Shown here piece after piece: positions 26,420 to 37,830 of a DNA stretch of 64,000 nucleotides (the stretch's first letter is position 1; the number at the start of each line of letters is the position of its first letter). Below the pieces are notes generated by a model. That model was not told where the DNA came from and searched no databases. It worked only from the letters and a program-made list of their open reading frames with translations. Made by a program: the position numbers and the translations under genes. The DNA is from Felis catus (taxonomy: Eukaryota), in assembly GCF_018350175.1 (NCBI RefSeq), contig NC_058383.1:23810001-23874000 (forward strand). The letters run 5' to 3'.

Positions 26420-26870
26420 GCTGTGACAGTGCCTGCGAACTGTCCCCCAACAGCTGTTCTCTCCTTCTTAATAACAACCACTGGCTTTTTGGCTAAACAC
26501 ATGGCCACTCAAAATAAGGTCCTTTGCAGTTAGGTGTGACCATGATTCCTTTGCAGTTTCCTTCCCAGATTCCTTCCCAGATTCCTTTGCAGTTAGGTGT
26601 GACCATGTGTCCAAGTTCTGGCCAAGCGGATATAAACAGAAGGGCTGTTTTCAACTTTAGGGAAGAGTTTTTAAAGGGAGGGAGTGTGCCCTTCTGGACT
26701 CTTCCTCCTTCCTGCTGGCTGGACTGGAAGTGTGATGGCTGGAACTCAAGCAGCTATATTTAACCAAGAAGAAGAAACCATATGCTGTGGATGGCAGAGC
26801 CATGAGACAGAGGGAGCCTGGGGCAGCATTATCTTCCATCATGGGCCAGTATAACAGCCCTGGACTCACA
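26420..26870. mobile_element. Old ERVL/MaLR-type LTR remnant (LTR16-like)
   Basis: ttcccagattcctttgcagttaggtgtgaccatgtg..aagttctggccaa resembles the LTR16-family core. A similar segment is at ~33300-33450. Confidence 0.55.
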
Positions 26871-29366
26871 ATCTTCAGACTTGACTATCTCAACTTACAA
26901 TATCTACTATAATCCACCCCCACACTACTTGCTAATTCTATCTAGTCCAGTAACCCCATCTCTCCCCCAAAAAGTCACATCACATCTCTTACGACAAGTC
27001 AAGGCCTGGATAGGATCAGCCTGGGAAAACCAAGGCCTTAGTCCAGAGTCCAGACTTGGCAACTACTCCCACATTCGCCCAGGAAGACTGGGCCCTGGAG
27101 GCTGCCAGATTCCTCTAGGCAGGCAAGGAGCCCTCAATGGCCCATAACTCAGCCCCACGATGCCTGTTCCAACACCAGCCAGAGCCCCGGCCTCCCAGGA
27201 ATCTCCATCCGACTTGGACTTCCCTTGGCCCACAGGAGCCTGCTCCTGTTGGCAAAGAGGCTGAGACCAACAGCAGCACCCCAGCTAAGACATCAGGATT
27301 CTCTGGAAGGTTTCCTTTGTCCTTGCTCTGGAACCCACATCTTCCCCTCCGAGTCCCTGACACACCCTGGGAAAATATTTGTATAGAGAGGTAGTTGGGT
27401 GGAATTCTGAGTCAGACCCAACTTCAAGCCCCCACTCTGCCTCTTACTAGCTGTGTAACATTACCTCTCAAGCCTTAGCTTCCTTGCGATAATGCGGGAG
27501 GCAGTATTCTCACCGTTAACCTCACAGCACTCGCACAGAGCAAGCACTAAGATACAGAACTATTATCATCATCATCATCATTTTTATTATCCTAAATAAA
27601 GGGGGCTGAACCTTGGGTCCCAGCCATGCTGGTAACCTGGATACCTGGTTAGCAGCCAAGCCAAGCTTCTTCAGGGGTCCTGGGGGAACAGGCTATTTTA
27701 GACTCTGGCCAGAGAACCACTGCTCTTACTGAGTCTCTCTTTATAAAAGGTTCCTCTGGCAGTGGCTGGGACAGAAAACAATGTTTGCAATGCCCAGGTC
27801 AAGGCCTGTGGGCCAGGCCACAGTGACCTCTGGTCTTCCTTGGGGCTCCCTTCCCGCCCCCCGCCCAGGGCTGCCTCGCTACCTGTAGAAGCGAACTGCC
27901 GGCCACTCCCAGGAGTCAGCATCCCAGAGCCGATATTGTCCACGTGATGTGGCCAGCACACACACACTACCACATGCCCAGCACGGCAGAACCCACCGGG
28001 TCGTCAATTGCACCACCACGAACAGGGTGACTTGGGGGCCACCTTGGGTCACACACCTGTTTCTGTTCCAGGATCAGCCCCTCCCCCCCCCCCCCCCCCC
28101 CCCATGTTCTGTGATTGGAGATGCACCATCAGGGAACAGGGTGTGTCACATGACCCAGGTCTAAGCCAATCACAGCATTCAGGCACCTGGCCACAGTGAT
28201 TGGCTCACAGGTGAGCATGTGACTCAAGCTAACCAATCTGGCCCAATCCCAGGTAAGCCAGGGGTTTTAGTCTGAGAGACTAGAGAAGGTCATCCATTTG
28301 TGTAGGATGTGAATCAGAGACAGGGGCTGAGGCCACCAGAGAACAAAGGTGACGATTGGCAGAAAGCAGAACAAGAGATTTAGAGAAAAACAAATAGTGG
28401 TGATATCATTTGAGACCATGAATCCAAACATGCCTGACCCTGCCCCTTTTTAGGGGGTCTGGGGATGACTTAGCTGATTATACACAGGTTTTTCTCACCT
28501 GCATTATGAAGAGTCCAAAACCCAGCCAGCACTTAGAGCCACTGTGTATTATTTCTTATAATTAAAAAAGTTTCAGTAAAGCCCATGGTTAAAAATAACG
28601 GCATTTTCCTATTGAGTCCATGGTGTATGACCGTATAGGTGGGGTACTGCTCAACTTTAGTTTACAACCTTTGCAAGAGGACAGGGCAGCCCTGCTTCCC
28701 ACTTCCAGAGGCAACCACTTCCAATTATTCTAGATGTTACTTCAGGTAGATACTGCCACATCCCTAAATAACATGGTTTCTCTGCCATTTCTTACTTTGC
28801 CTATTTGGGTCCTTATATATTGATTTCCTGGTGTGATAAATGAGACTTGAGCTTCCCTTGAACTTCCCACTTCCCTTCCACACTCCACCACCCCCAGACC
28901 GGCAGGTCCTCTCCTGGTTCCTTTAGATCTCATGCCAAGAATGCTGTCTTATTCCACCAAGCAGAAGGAGCTATGGGTTTCTTACAGGTTAGCATGAGTT
29001 CATCTCACCAAGGGAGATAAGCAAAGATGTGGCTTTTGTGCTGCAAATGAGTGGTAAGAAAGAGGAAGATACTTTCGTTCCTATGGAAGATGCGTAATTT
29101 TTACTGAAATGAGACAGATAAGTAACACACGTAGACAGCTTCCGGTGTCCCAGGTGCCACGCTATGTACTCGACATGGACTCTTATCTGGCAATGACGGG
29201 AACTGCTGGGCAAAGAAGTGACAGCCTGCTTGCGATGGGGTACCTTGGGGAGGAGGGGTGAGCAGGGGCAGGATGCCCTGGGCTGCACCCCCGGCTTGTT
29301 CCAAGGGTATCTTGGGCTGCAGCAGGAGTCCTCAGTTTCCTTCAAACCAGAAAGGAAAAACTATCT

Positions 29367-30130
29367 TGAAGACACATCTGCACTCTCATGTTCACTGCAG
29401 CATTATTAACAATAGTCAACGTATGGAAACCACCTAAGAGATGGATGAATGGATAAAGAAAATCTGGTGTACATATACAATGGAATGTTATACAGTCTTA
29501 ACAAAAGGAAAGCAATCCTGCCATTTGCAAAAACATGAATGAACCTGGAGGACATTATGTTCAGTGAAATATGCCAGACATAGGAAGACAAACGTTTTGT
29601 GATCTCACGAAAAAGAAAACAAAACAAAACAAAAACACCCCCAAAGACACCAAAGTCATAAAAACAGAAAGTCAGATGGTAGTTGTCCAGGGCTGGGAGG
29701 TGGAGGAAATAGGAAGATGTTGGTCAAAGGGTACAAAGTTTCAGTTGTGCAAGATGAGTAAGTCCTGGGAATGTAATGTACAGCTCGGCGACTATAGTTA
29801 GTAATACTCTACTGTATACTGGAAATTCACTGAGAGAATAGATTTTTCTAAAGTTTATGTAAGCATCTCTACACCCAAAGTGGGGCTTGAACTCAAGACC
29901 TGGAGATCAAGAGTCCATGCTCTTCAGACTGAGCCAGCCAGGTGCCGGAGAAAAGATCTTAATTATTCTCACACAAACATAAAAAACTTAGGTAACTATG
30001 TGAGTCGATAAATATGTTAATTAGGTTCACTGTGGTAATCATTTCACAACGCATATGTATACCAAGCCGTCATGTTGGACACGTTTAATACATACAATTT
30101 TTATTTGTCAATTATATCTCGATAAATTTG
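29367..30130 (+). mobile_element. L1MA-type 3'UTR fragment with a short internal SINE
   Basis: atgttcactgcagcattatt, gatgaatggataaagaaaat, ttggtcaaagggtacaaagtttcagtt, caatttttatttgtcaattat. Confidence 0.85.
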
Positions 30131-30906
30131 GTGGAAAAATTTAATAAAAATCAAAGCCAAAATAGGGGCTGAGAAGCTGTGCTCTGCAGCTGCAGGGCCT
30201 GGTTTGAATCCCAGCTTCCCCATTAGGAGCCAAAGTGCTGTCCTAAGGGTAAGCTGAGCCTTCCTGGAGTCTGTGTCCCCCACAGCACCTGGCCCTGGCA
30301 GGACTCAATGGTGATAATCAAATACCTTTCTGGGCTGGGTTTTATTTATTTACTGAGGGTGGGGATAGTAACGGAGGTGACGAGCTCATGTCAGTGTCTT
30401 ATTAATGTCTATAACCCCAGCATGTGGTAGGTGCTCATGAAAAAATATTTAAACTATTGTGGAAAAATGAGAGAGTTTATATGAGAATGTCAGGATAAAA
30501 GGACTGATTTGCAGATGTCTACACCCACCTGCCCTGCCCTGAAGAACCATTCACACCAAGCTCCCACCTCCCTGCCCCTGGCACCCCACGGGCCCTCTTT
30601 CTGAAACGCCTCTCCTATCTGCTGCCAAACCCCTTGGTTCCCTTCAAAATCCAGCTCGAATTTTTACTCCTTCTAGAAAGTCTCCCCTAGGTGGTGTCCT
30701 CATCTGTGAAACAGAGGACCAACAGTACCAACCCCTGGAGATGTTTGAGGAGTTAGTGAGATCCGGCATGTGATGCCTGACAGAGAACTGGAGCTGAAAA
30801 GTATTGGCTGTTATTGTGACCACCCCCCAAGCCCCACTCCCTAAGTCACTTCGCTCCTGCCAGGCTCTCCAGAAGCATTTCCATTATACCCAGAGGCTGA
30901 ACATTC

Positions 30907-31577
30907 TATGTGGTGGGCAGAAACTGGCCCTCCAGGGGCACCTGGGTGGTGCAGTCGGTTAAGCGTCCGACTTCAGCCAGGTCACGATCTCACGGTCCGT
31001 GAGTTCGAGCCCCGCGTCAGGCTCTGGGCTGATGGCTCAGAGCCTGGAGCCTGCTTCCGATTCTGTGTCTCCCTCTCTCTCTGCCCCTCCCCCGTTCATG
31101 CTCTGTCTCTCTCTGTCTCAAAAATAAATAAAACGTTGGAAAAAAAATAAAAATAAAAATAAAAAAAAGAAACTGGCCCTCCAAAAGATGTCCACATCCT
31201 AATCTCCAGTATTTGTGACTATGCTCCCTTACATGGTAAAAGTCACCCTGGGAATGTGATCTTGAGATGGAGAGATTCTCCTGGAAAATCCAATGTACTG
31301 TATATAATCACAAGGGTCCTTATAAAAAGGGGGCAGGAGGGTCAGAGCTAAAGAGACATGATAATGGAAGCAGGGGTCCTAGAGAAAGATTTGAAGATGC
31401 CATGCAGCTGGCTTTGAACATGGAGAATGGGGCCACAAGCCAAGAAATGCAGTCGGTCCCTAGAAACTGGAAAAGGCAGGGAAATAGATTTCTCCTAGAG
31501 TCTCCAGAAGGAACTTAGCCCTGCTGTGCCTCGACTTTTGAACGTGAAAAAAAATTTTTTTTATGTTTATTATTGTT

Positions 31578-31609
<32 letters not shown>

Positions 31610-32070
31610 GAGCAAGCAGGGGAGGGGCAGAGAAAGAAGGAGACACAGAATCCAAAGCAGGCTCCAGGCTCCGAGTTGTCAGCACAGAGCCCGAAGCACG
31701 GCTTGAACTCATGAACCGCGAGATCATGACCTGAACTGAAGTCGGCCACTTAACCAACTGAGCCACCAGGTGCCCCTTGAACTTTTTTTTAATGTTTTAT
31801 TTTTATTTTTGAGAGAGAGAGCGTGAGTAGGGCAGGGGCAGAGGGGGAAGCAGAGGATCTGAAGCAGGCTCTGTGCTGACAGCAGCGAGCCCGACGCGGG
31901 GCTCAAACTCACAAACCGTGAGATCACGCCCTGAACCAAAGTCAGACACTCAACCGACTGAGTGAGCCACCCAGGTGCCCCTTGACTTTTGAACTTCTGA
32001 CCTCCAGAACCATAAGAAATTTGTGTTAAGCGTGTGGTGATTTGCTATAGGAGCAATGGAAAACAAATGT
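30907..32070. mobile_element. MLT1-type MaLR LTR interrupted by three SINEs (plus 30935-31167; two minus ~31545-31980)
   Basis: MLT1 phrases (gatgtccacatcctaatc, agattctcctagagtctccagaaggaac, cttctgacctccagaac). Young SINE has TSD AGAAACTGGCCCTCCA at 30919 and 31168. Confidence 0.82.
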
Positions 32071-32079
32071 AGCCTAGAA

Positions 32080-32303
32080 CAGTGGCCCTAAACACTGGGG
32101 CGCTTTTGCCCCTTCAGGAGACATTTTGGCAACGTCTGGAGACGTTTTTGGTTGTCACAACTCTCCGAGTATACCTGGTATCTAGTGAATAGTGTACCGA
32201 GTGCACCAGGGATGCTGCTAGACACTCTACAGTGCACAGCACAGGCCCCACAACCCAGAAGTATTCAGCTCAGAATGTTAATAGTTCCGAGAAACCCCAC
32301 TTT
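32080..32303. mobile_element. MER20-like hAT DNA transposon
   Basis: cagtgg...ttttgcccc...acattttggcaacgtctggagacgtttttggttgtcacaac...gagaaaccc. Confidence 0.8.
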
Positions 32304-33889
32304 AGAAAGATTCTGGGGGAAGCTCAAGGAGCTTCCCCTGACCCACTCCCCCTCCTCTCCTCTTTAAAAGCAGATCTCCATGCATACCGGTCCTGGTGTT
32401 TCTTTTGAACTGAAGAAATAAACTTACTCACTGATGAGAACAGCACCCCGCGGCTAAACCCAAGGAGAGAAGTCAACGTTTGCTCCACTGAGGCTCATAA
32501 AAAGATCACTGCGGCACATACACTGTGCTTTGTGCATATAAAACTGTCATGGAGCAAAGGCAATTTTATTGTTTTAAAAATCAGAAAAACACAATTTAGA
32601 ATACAAAGCACATAATATTGTCATTATAGCTTCGGTTTACAAAATGCACAAGAGAGCTTGAATTTAATTTTTAATCATTTGCTGGGCACCCTTCTCATGT
32701 ACCCGGGACACTCTGTACTCCTGGCGGGTCAGACCAGGGATCCAACGTGTCTCGCTTCTCAGGGGAACTCTGTGTTTACATAGCCTCTCGGTGGCCAAAC
32801 CATGTGAACGTTTGGAACAAAAGGGGCTGTGTCTTATTCCTCGCCAGCTCCGAGCCAAGAGCACAATGCCTGGCACACAGCAGGTTCTATGTAAATGCAT
32901 GTTGCGTGAATGAGTAATTAGAGAAAAGATGGCAAGTTCTATGGACATCATGGGCAGTGCAGGCATGGAGTGGAGGGACTATGCCATTATAATTACAAGG
33001 CATCTGGGGCTTAGTTAGCTTGACACATGGCTGAGATCCTGATTAGGAAAACCTGGATCATAGGGAGGCCCTTAAAAAGCACCCAGGACTACGATCTGGA
33101 CCAACAGGCTTCGAGGACAAATAGACCTGGGTTCAAGTGCTGTCTCTGCCACTACTAGCTGAGTGACATTAGGCAAATTACTTAACCTCTCTGAACCTCA
33201 GCTTCCTCATCTGTAAAATTCACTCATCCTACAAAGCGGAGCAGAGTAAGCAGAGAAGGAGAGGTAAGAGAGGTGGCCAAGGGTCATAAAAAGCTGCTGT
33301 GGCATAGACAGCTAGCTCTCCACCACAGATTTGTGCTCCCCTGCCCCACCACGGACTACATTTCCCAGCATCCTGTGCATCTAGGTGGGGCCATGTGACT
33401 GCATTCGGGCCAATGGAATGTGGGCAGGAGTAACTGGCGCTGCTTCCAGGCAGCCCATTTTCCACAACCTGGTCAACTCTCCCTCAACTGCAATCCTGCC
33501 CTGAGACACGTAGCACAGAACAGATTTGCAGCATTTCGGTGTCACTTACAAAGCACTTACACCATAGTTCCTCTCAGTTCCCTGGAGGACACAGGTTCCC
33601 CATTCCCTGTGCCCTCTGCCTGGCACACAGCCAGGCCTGCCCTCCCTACCCAACCCCTGGCCAACTGTTCTGCTCATCCTTCAGGTCTCAGTTTAGATGC
33701 CGCCTCCTCCAGGGAGCCTCCCCTGAAGCCCAGGAGGTAGGCACTATTAGCTTCATCCTACAGACAAGGAAACTGAGGAACAGAGAGGTTAAGTGACTTC
33801 CCCAAAATCACATGGCTAGAAAGTGGGGTAGTTGGGCGTGAAGACAGTGTGGGCTGAATCCAGGGCTTTTACTCGCCATCACTTGCTAA

Positions 33890-34080
33890 ATCAGTCCTTC
33901 TAAAAGTGCGGTCATGGGACCACCAGTAGCAGCAGCAGCAGAACATGGTATTTTCCAATTCTCGGGCCTCACTCCAGTCCCACTGAAGTCAACTCTGGAG
34001 GTGGGCCCAGCAATCTGTGTTAAAACAAGCTCACCAGGTGGTTCTGATAATGTGCATTTAAGTTCCAGAACCAATGGCCT
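33890..34080. mobile_element. MER5A-like hAT DNA transposon
   Basis: aactctggaggtgggcccagcaatctgtgtt..aacaagctc.ccaggtg.ttctgat. A related fragment is at ~55135-55275. Confidence 0.75.
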
Positions 34081-34371
34081 AGAGAAATTCTCCGCAGCTG
34101 ACTCCACCTGTGGAGTCCTTGCTAGGGCGAGAAAGTGTCACAGCTGAAGATCTGAACACTTGTCCACCCCTCTGACTTTCCAGCCATTTGAAATGCTTCT
34201 CTAGGTGTTCCCAGCCCTAGGGTTTTGGGGACCCAGAGACCGTCATCTCCTATTTTATCATCAGCATGTTAGTAACTCGCTGTTTCCTTTGTTCAGAGCC
34301 TTCTACTTGTGCCCATCAGTCTTGTCTACAAGGATTCAATCCAGCAACATTCAAATACCCAAGGCACTTTA

Positions 34372-34872
34372 GGGGCACCTGGGTGGCTCAGTTGGTTGAG
34401 CTTCTGACTCTTGATTCTGGCTCAGGTCATGATCCCAGCGTCGTGGGATCAAGCCCCACATCGGGCTCCATGCTGAGCATGGAGCCTGCTTAAGATTCTC
34501 TCTCTCTCTCTCTGTCTCTCTCTCTCTCTTTTAAATTTTTTTTAACGTTTACTTATTTTTGAATGATTTTTTTTTCAACGTTTATTTATTTTTGGGACAG
34601 AGAGAGACAGAGCATGAACGGGGGAGGGGCAGAAAGAGAGGGAGACACAGAATCGGCAACAGGCTCCAGGCTCTGAGCCATCAGCCCAGAGCCCGACGCG
34701 GGGCTCGAACTCACGGACCGCGAGATTGTGACCTGGCTGAAGTCGGACGCTTAACCGACTGCGCCACCCAGGTGCCCCTCTCTCTCTCTCTCTCTTTCTC
34801 TCCCCCCCCCCCACTGTCGCTCTCCCCCACTCACATGCTCTCCTCTCTCTCTCTCAAAAACAAAACAAAAAA
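34372..34872. mobile_element. Plus-strand SINE split within its (CT)n tract by an inverted young SINE (~34531-34778)
   Basis: Older head at 34372, its (CT)n and tail resume at 34779; the inner copy is CpG-intact. Confidence 0.88.
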
Positions 34873-34986
34873 CGCTTTCATCCTGTGGTGGCCACCATAA
34901 TCACCTTCTTCTAGAATACTCTCAGTTTACTAAGGCAACAGTCTGCAGCTTCTTGGTCAGCAGAACTGATCTCTCCAACACAAAAC

Positions 34987-35216
34987 TTTTATTTTTTTTT
35001 TAATTTTTTTTTCCAACGTTTATTTATTTTTGGGACAGAGAGAGACAGAACATGAACGGGGGAGGGGCAGAGAGAGAGGGAGACACAGAATCGGAAGCAG
35101 GCTGCAGGCTCTGAGCCATCAGCCCAGAGCCCGACACGGGGCTCGAACTCACGGACCGCGAGATCGTGACCTGGCTGAAGTCGGACGCTTAACCGACTGC
35201 GCCACCCAGGCGCCCC
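34987..35216 (-). mobile_element. Young Felidae-type SINE
   Basis: CpG-intact; TSD caaaacttttatttttt. Confidence 0.92.
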
Positions 35217-36599
35217 AAAACTTTTATTTTTTAATCAGTCCAGCCAGCCGCCATTACTTTGGATATAGTCCCAACCATCAATTTTTTTTCTGCTTCAGCT
35301 TTAAGAACTGGGTCAGAAAGAGTGATTCCTAGAGAAGGAGCTTGAACAAATCCAAGTTTCTGCCGTTGACCTTCCATTTTCTCCCACAATGTTCTCCGTG
35401 TCCCGGCAACTGGCTGTCAATCCTGCCAAAGACTGGACAAGACTTCTTTGGGGAATCTGACCAGTGTGAGAAAAAAGGCCTTAAAGACGCCCTTCCCCAG
35501 GGAAACAGCCCAGCCAGATCGCCCGGATGCAAAGGCCACAGCCAACAAACCCCACGCACAGCCCCAGACCTTCCAAAGAGCTTACTGGAGCCCCATTCCC
35601 TTCAGCAGACATGGACCCCCAAGGGAGGCAGAAAGGGGGGTGGGGCTCTGCTCCACAGTCATTCAGGGGCCCAGACTCCTCCCGTCTGGTAGCTCTGCGC
35701 TCTCCTAGGCCCTCAGAGCCCTCCAACTCCACTGGTATATGTGGACAGAGGGGGCGGGAGGTTTTTGGGGTTCAAGCTCAAGAGGGGCACTCGCTAGTTC
35801 TGCTCACATCCCATCAGCCAAAATGCAGTCACACAGCCCACCAAACTGTAAGGGAGCCTGGGAAATTCAGCCAGGTGATACTCCCGGAAGAGGGGACTAA
35901 TCGCCATCTCTGCCATATTATACATTAAAAACGGTTTAAAATAAACCCAGGGCTACATCCTCAATCAGCCAAAAAGCAGTGTGCCGTCACCGAAAGCACA
36001 AAAGAGAGAAACTGTACATCACAGAATGTACACAATCGATCCTACACAATCTGAAACCATATTAAGTGATCGTTAGGCTCTGACTTTCTGCCTCCCCTGA
36101 CCCCTGCAAACCCCTCTTTGAGAAGGGAACTCAAAGGAGGGAGGATGGCCATCCCAACTGTGTCACACCTGAATCCACATCGTCTAGAAGCTTTATCGTA
36201 TTTGTTGAGTTAATACCTGAACAAAGGAATGAATGTGTGCATACGCTATCTCTAAACCCTACCTCCTTCCACAGGCATCCTTTCCAAATCAGCTCAAACA
36301 TCACCTCCTCCAGGAAGCCTCCCAGTAACCTCCCCCCTCCACGCACCTCCACACGGCGGGCACGACTGGCTCCCACCTGCTTGCTCTAAGGGTCCGCGCT
36401 TAGTCCCTTTTGCGCATTAGTTGGCTGTTAGACAACCCTGGGCTTCGGTTTCCTCCTCTATAAAATCATAGGGCTGGACTATGTCACTCCACTTCCTGGC
36501 TGAAACTGTGGCCCCAGGCAAGCAGCGTCCCGGGCCAAGGGCCCAGAAGTCAGGCTCCCAGAGTGTCCCCACAGCACATGTAGCGGCCCCTTCCCATGC

Positions 36600-37830
36600 G
36601 GCCCATCTGTCACACTAGGGGCGCAGCCGGGCTGGCTCCCCTCAGTCCTCCGCCCGGGTGCTGGCCGATCTAGGCCGGGACTTACCCAAGAGGCCTCCAC
36701 CCCCGCGCCGCCACTCGCCTATCAATGCCCGGCCCTCGGCGCACATGTCGGCGGAGCCTGCCAACACCCAAACTCCCTCCCGCAGTCAACAATACAGCAA
36801 GGGCGCGTCTACGCTGTCCTCGGGGTTCCAGGAATTCAGGCCTCTTGTTCAGGGGCCAGGGTAGGGCATGCGGCTCGGGGCCCCCCGCAGGAGACAGGAA
36901 GGCAGCACTGCCCCCACCCTCTACGGGCTCTGAGGAGCCCGGGGCGGAGGCCCCCAAACTGCCTCTCCCTGACGACGGCGTGCCAAGTGTTTTCCCAACA
37001 GACACTGCCGTTAATCTGCATGACTCCCCGCTTTTACAGAAGCAAACACAGAGTCCCAAAGAGTTGAACCCACAGAAGAAGCGCTTCACACACTCTGCGC
37101 CGCCTCCGCCCCACTTCCAGGCTCGGACCCAGCGCGCTCCCGGAGCCGGTGCACCGGGGCGCGCCAGGCCTGCAGCGCCGGATCCCGGCCCCCCATCCGC
37201 CTGGCTACACGCGGCCAGCACTTACCTCCTTCGGGCGGACAGGCACCGCAGCCGCTGCCCACGGCCGCGAAGAACCAGAGGAGTTGGCAGAGGCTCGCGG
37301 CCCGGTGCTCCAGGGTGCAGGGCGGGCGGGCCCCCCGAAAGTCCCGGGGAGCGGCGAGCAGGGCGCACCGGCAGGCGCTCCTGGGAGGCAGAGAGGGCTG
37401 CGCAGGGCGGTTGGATAGATCTCGGGGCGCGGAGACCGCCGGCACGATCCCGGGGCGCGATGGGCCGCTGGAACGATCCCGGGGCGCTGAGGACGCGTGT
37501 CGGGGGCGGGAGCGCCGGCGACAGTCAGCGGAGCTGGGGCAGCTGCAGCGCAGGGAAACGGACGTCGGATCCCGGCAGGAGCGGGGCTGGGGCACCAGCC
37601 GGCGGGCAGGGGCGGGGCTCTGGCCCGGCGGGCGCACCGCGCAGCACTTACGTGCCCGCCCCCCGGTGGCCGTCACCGCTCCTGCAGCCGCCACGCAAGT
37701 CTCCAGGCCCCAGTGCACAACCCGCGCTGAATGCCAGCCTCCCCGCCCGCTGACTACACGGCGTCCGGACCTAATGTGGGGGGCGGTCCTAGCACCCACC
37801 CGCGAAAGGGGCGCCCTCCCGGTGGGTAAT
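36600..37830. promoter_or_regulatory. CpG island / EEF2K promoter
   Basis: Very GC- and CpG-rich, repeat-free, several GC boxes (GGGCGG or CCGCCC near 37610, 37655, 37742, 37780), overlaps the exon 1 donor. Confidence 0.9.
37226..37640 (-). other. EEF2K: EEF2K non-coding exon 1 (5'UTR); 5' end approximate
   Basis: Consensus donor GAG|gtaagt at 37225 inside the CpG island upstream of exon 2. No ATG on the minus strand across the exon. The TSS cannot be fixed from sequence. Confidence 0.8.

Noticed and set aside
37418..37487. Repeat-spacer-repeat pattern read as a CRISPR-like array
   Set aside because: Mammalian DNA, only 13-bp repeats with mutually related spacers and no cas genes; treated as a decayed tandem repeat.
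37797..37816. CTCF-like CCCGCGAAAGGGGCGCCC in the EEF2K promoter
   Set aside because: The core spacing deviates from consensus and the GC-rich background inflates such matches.
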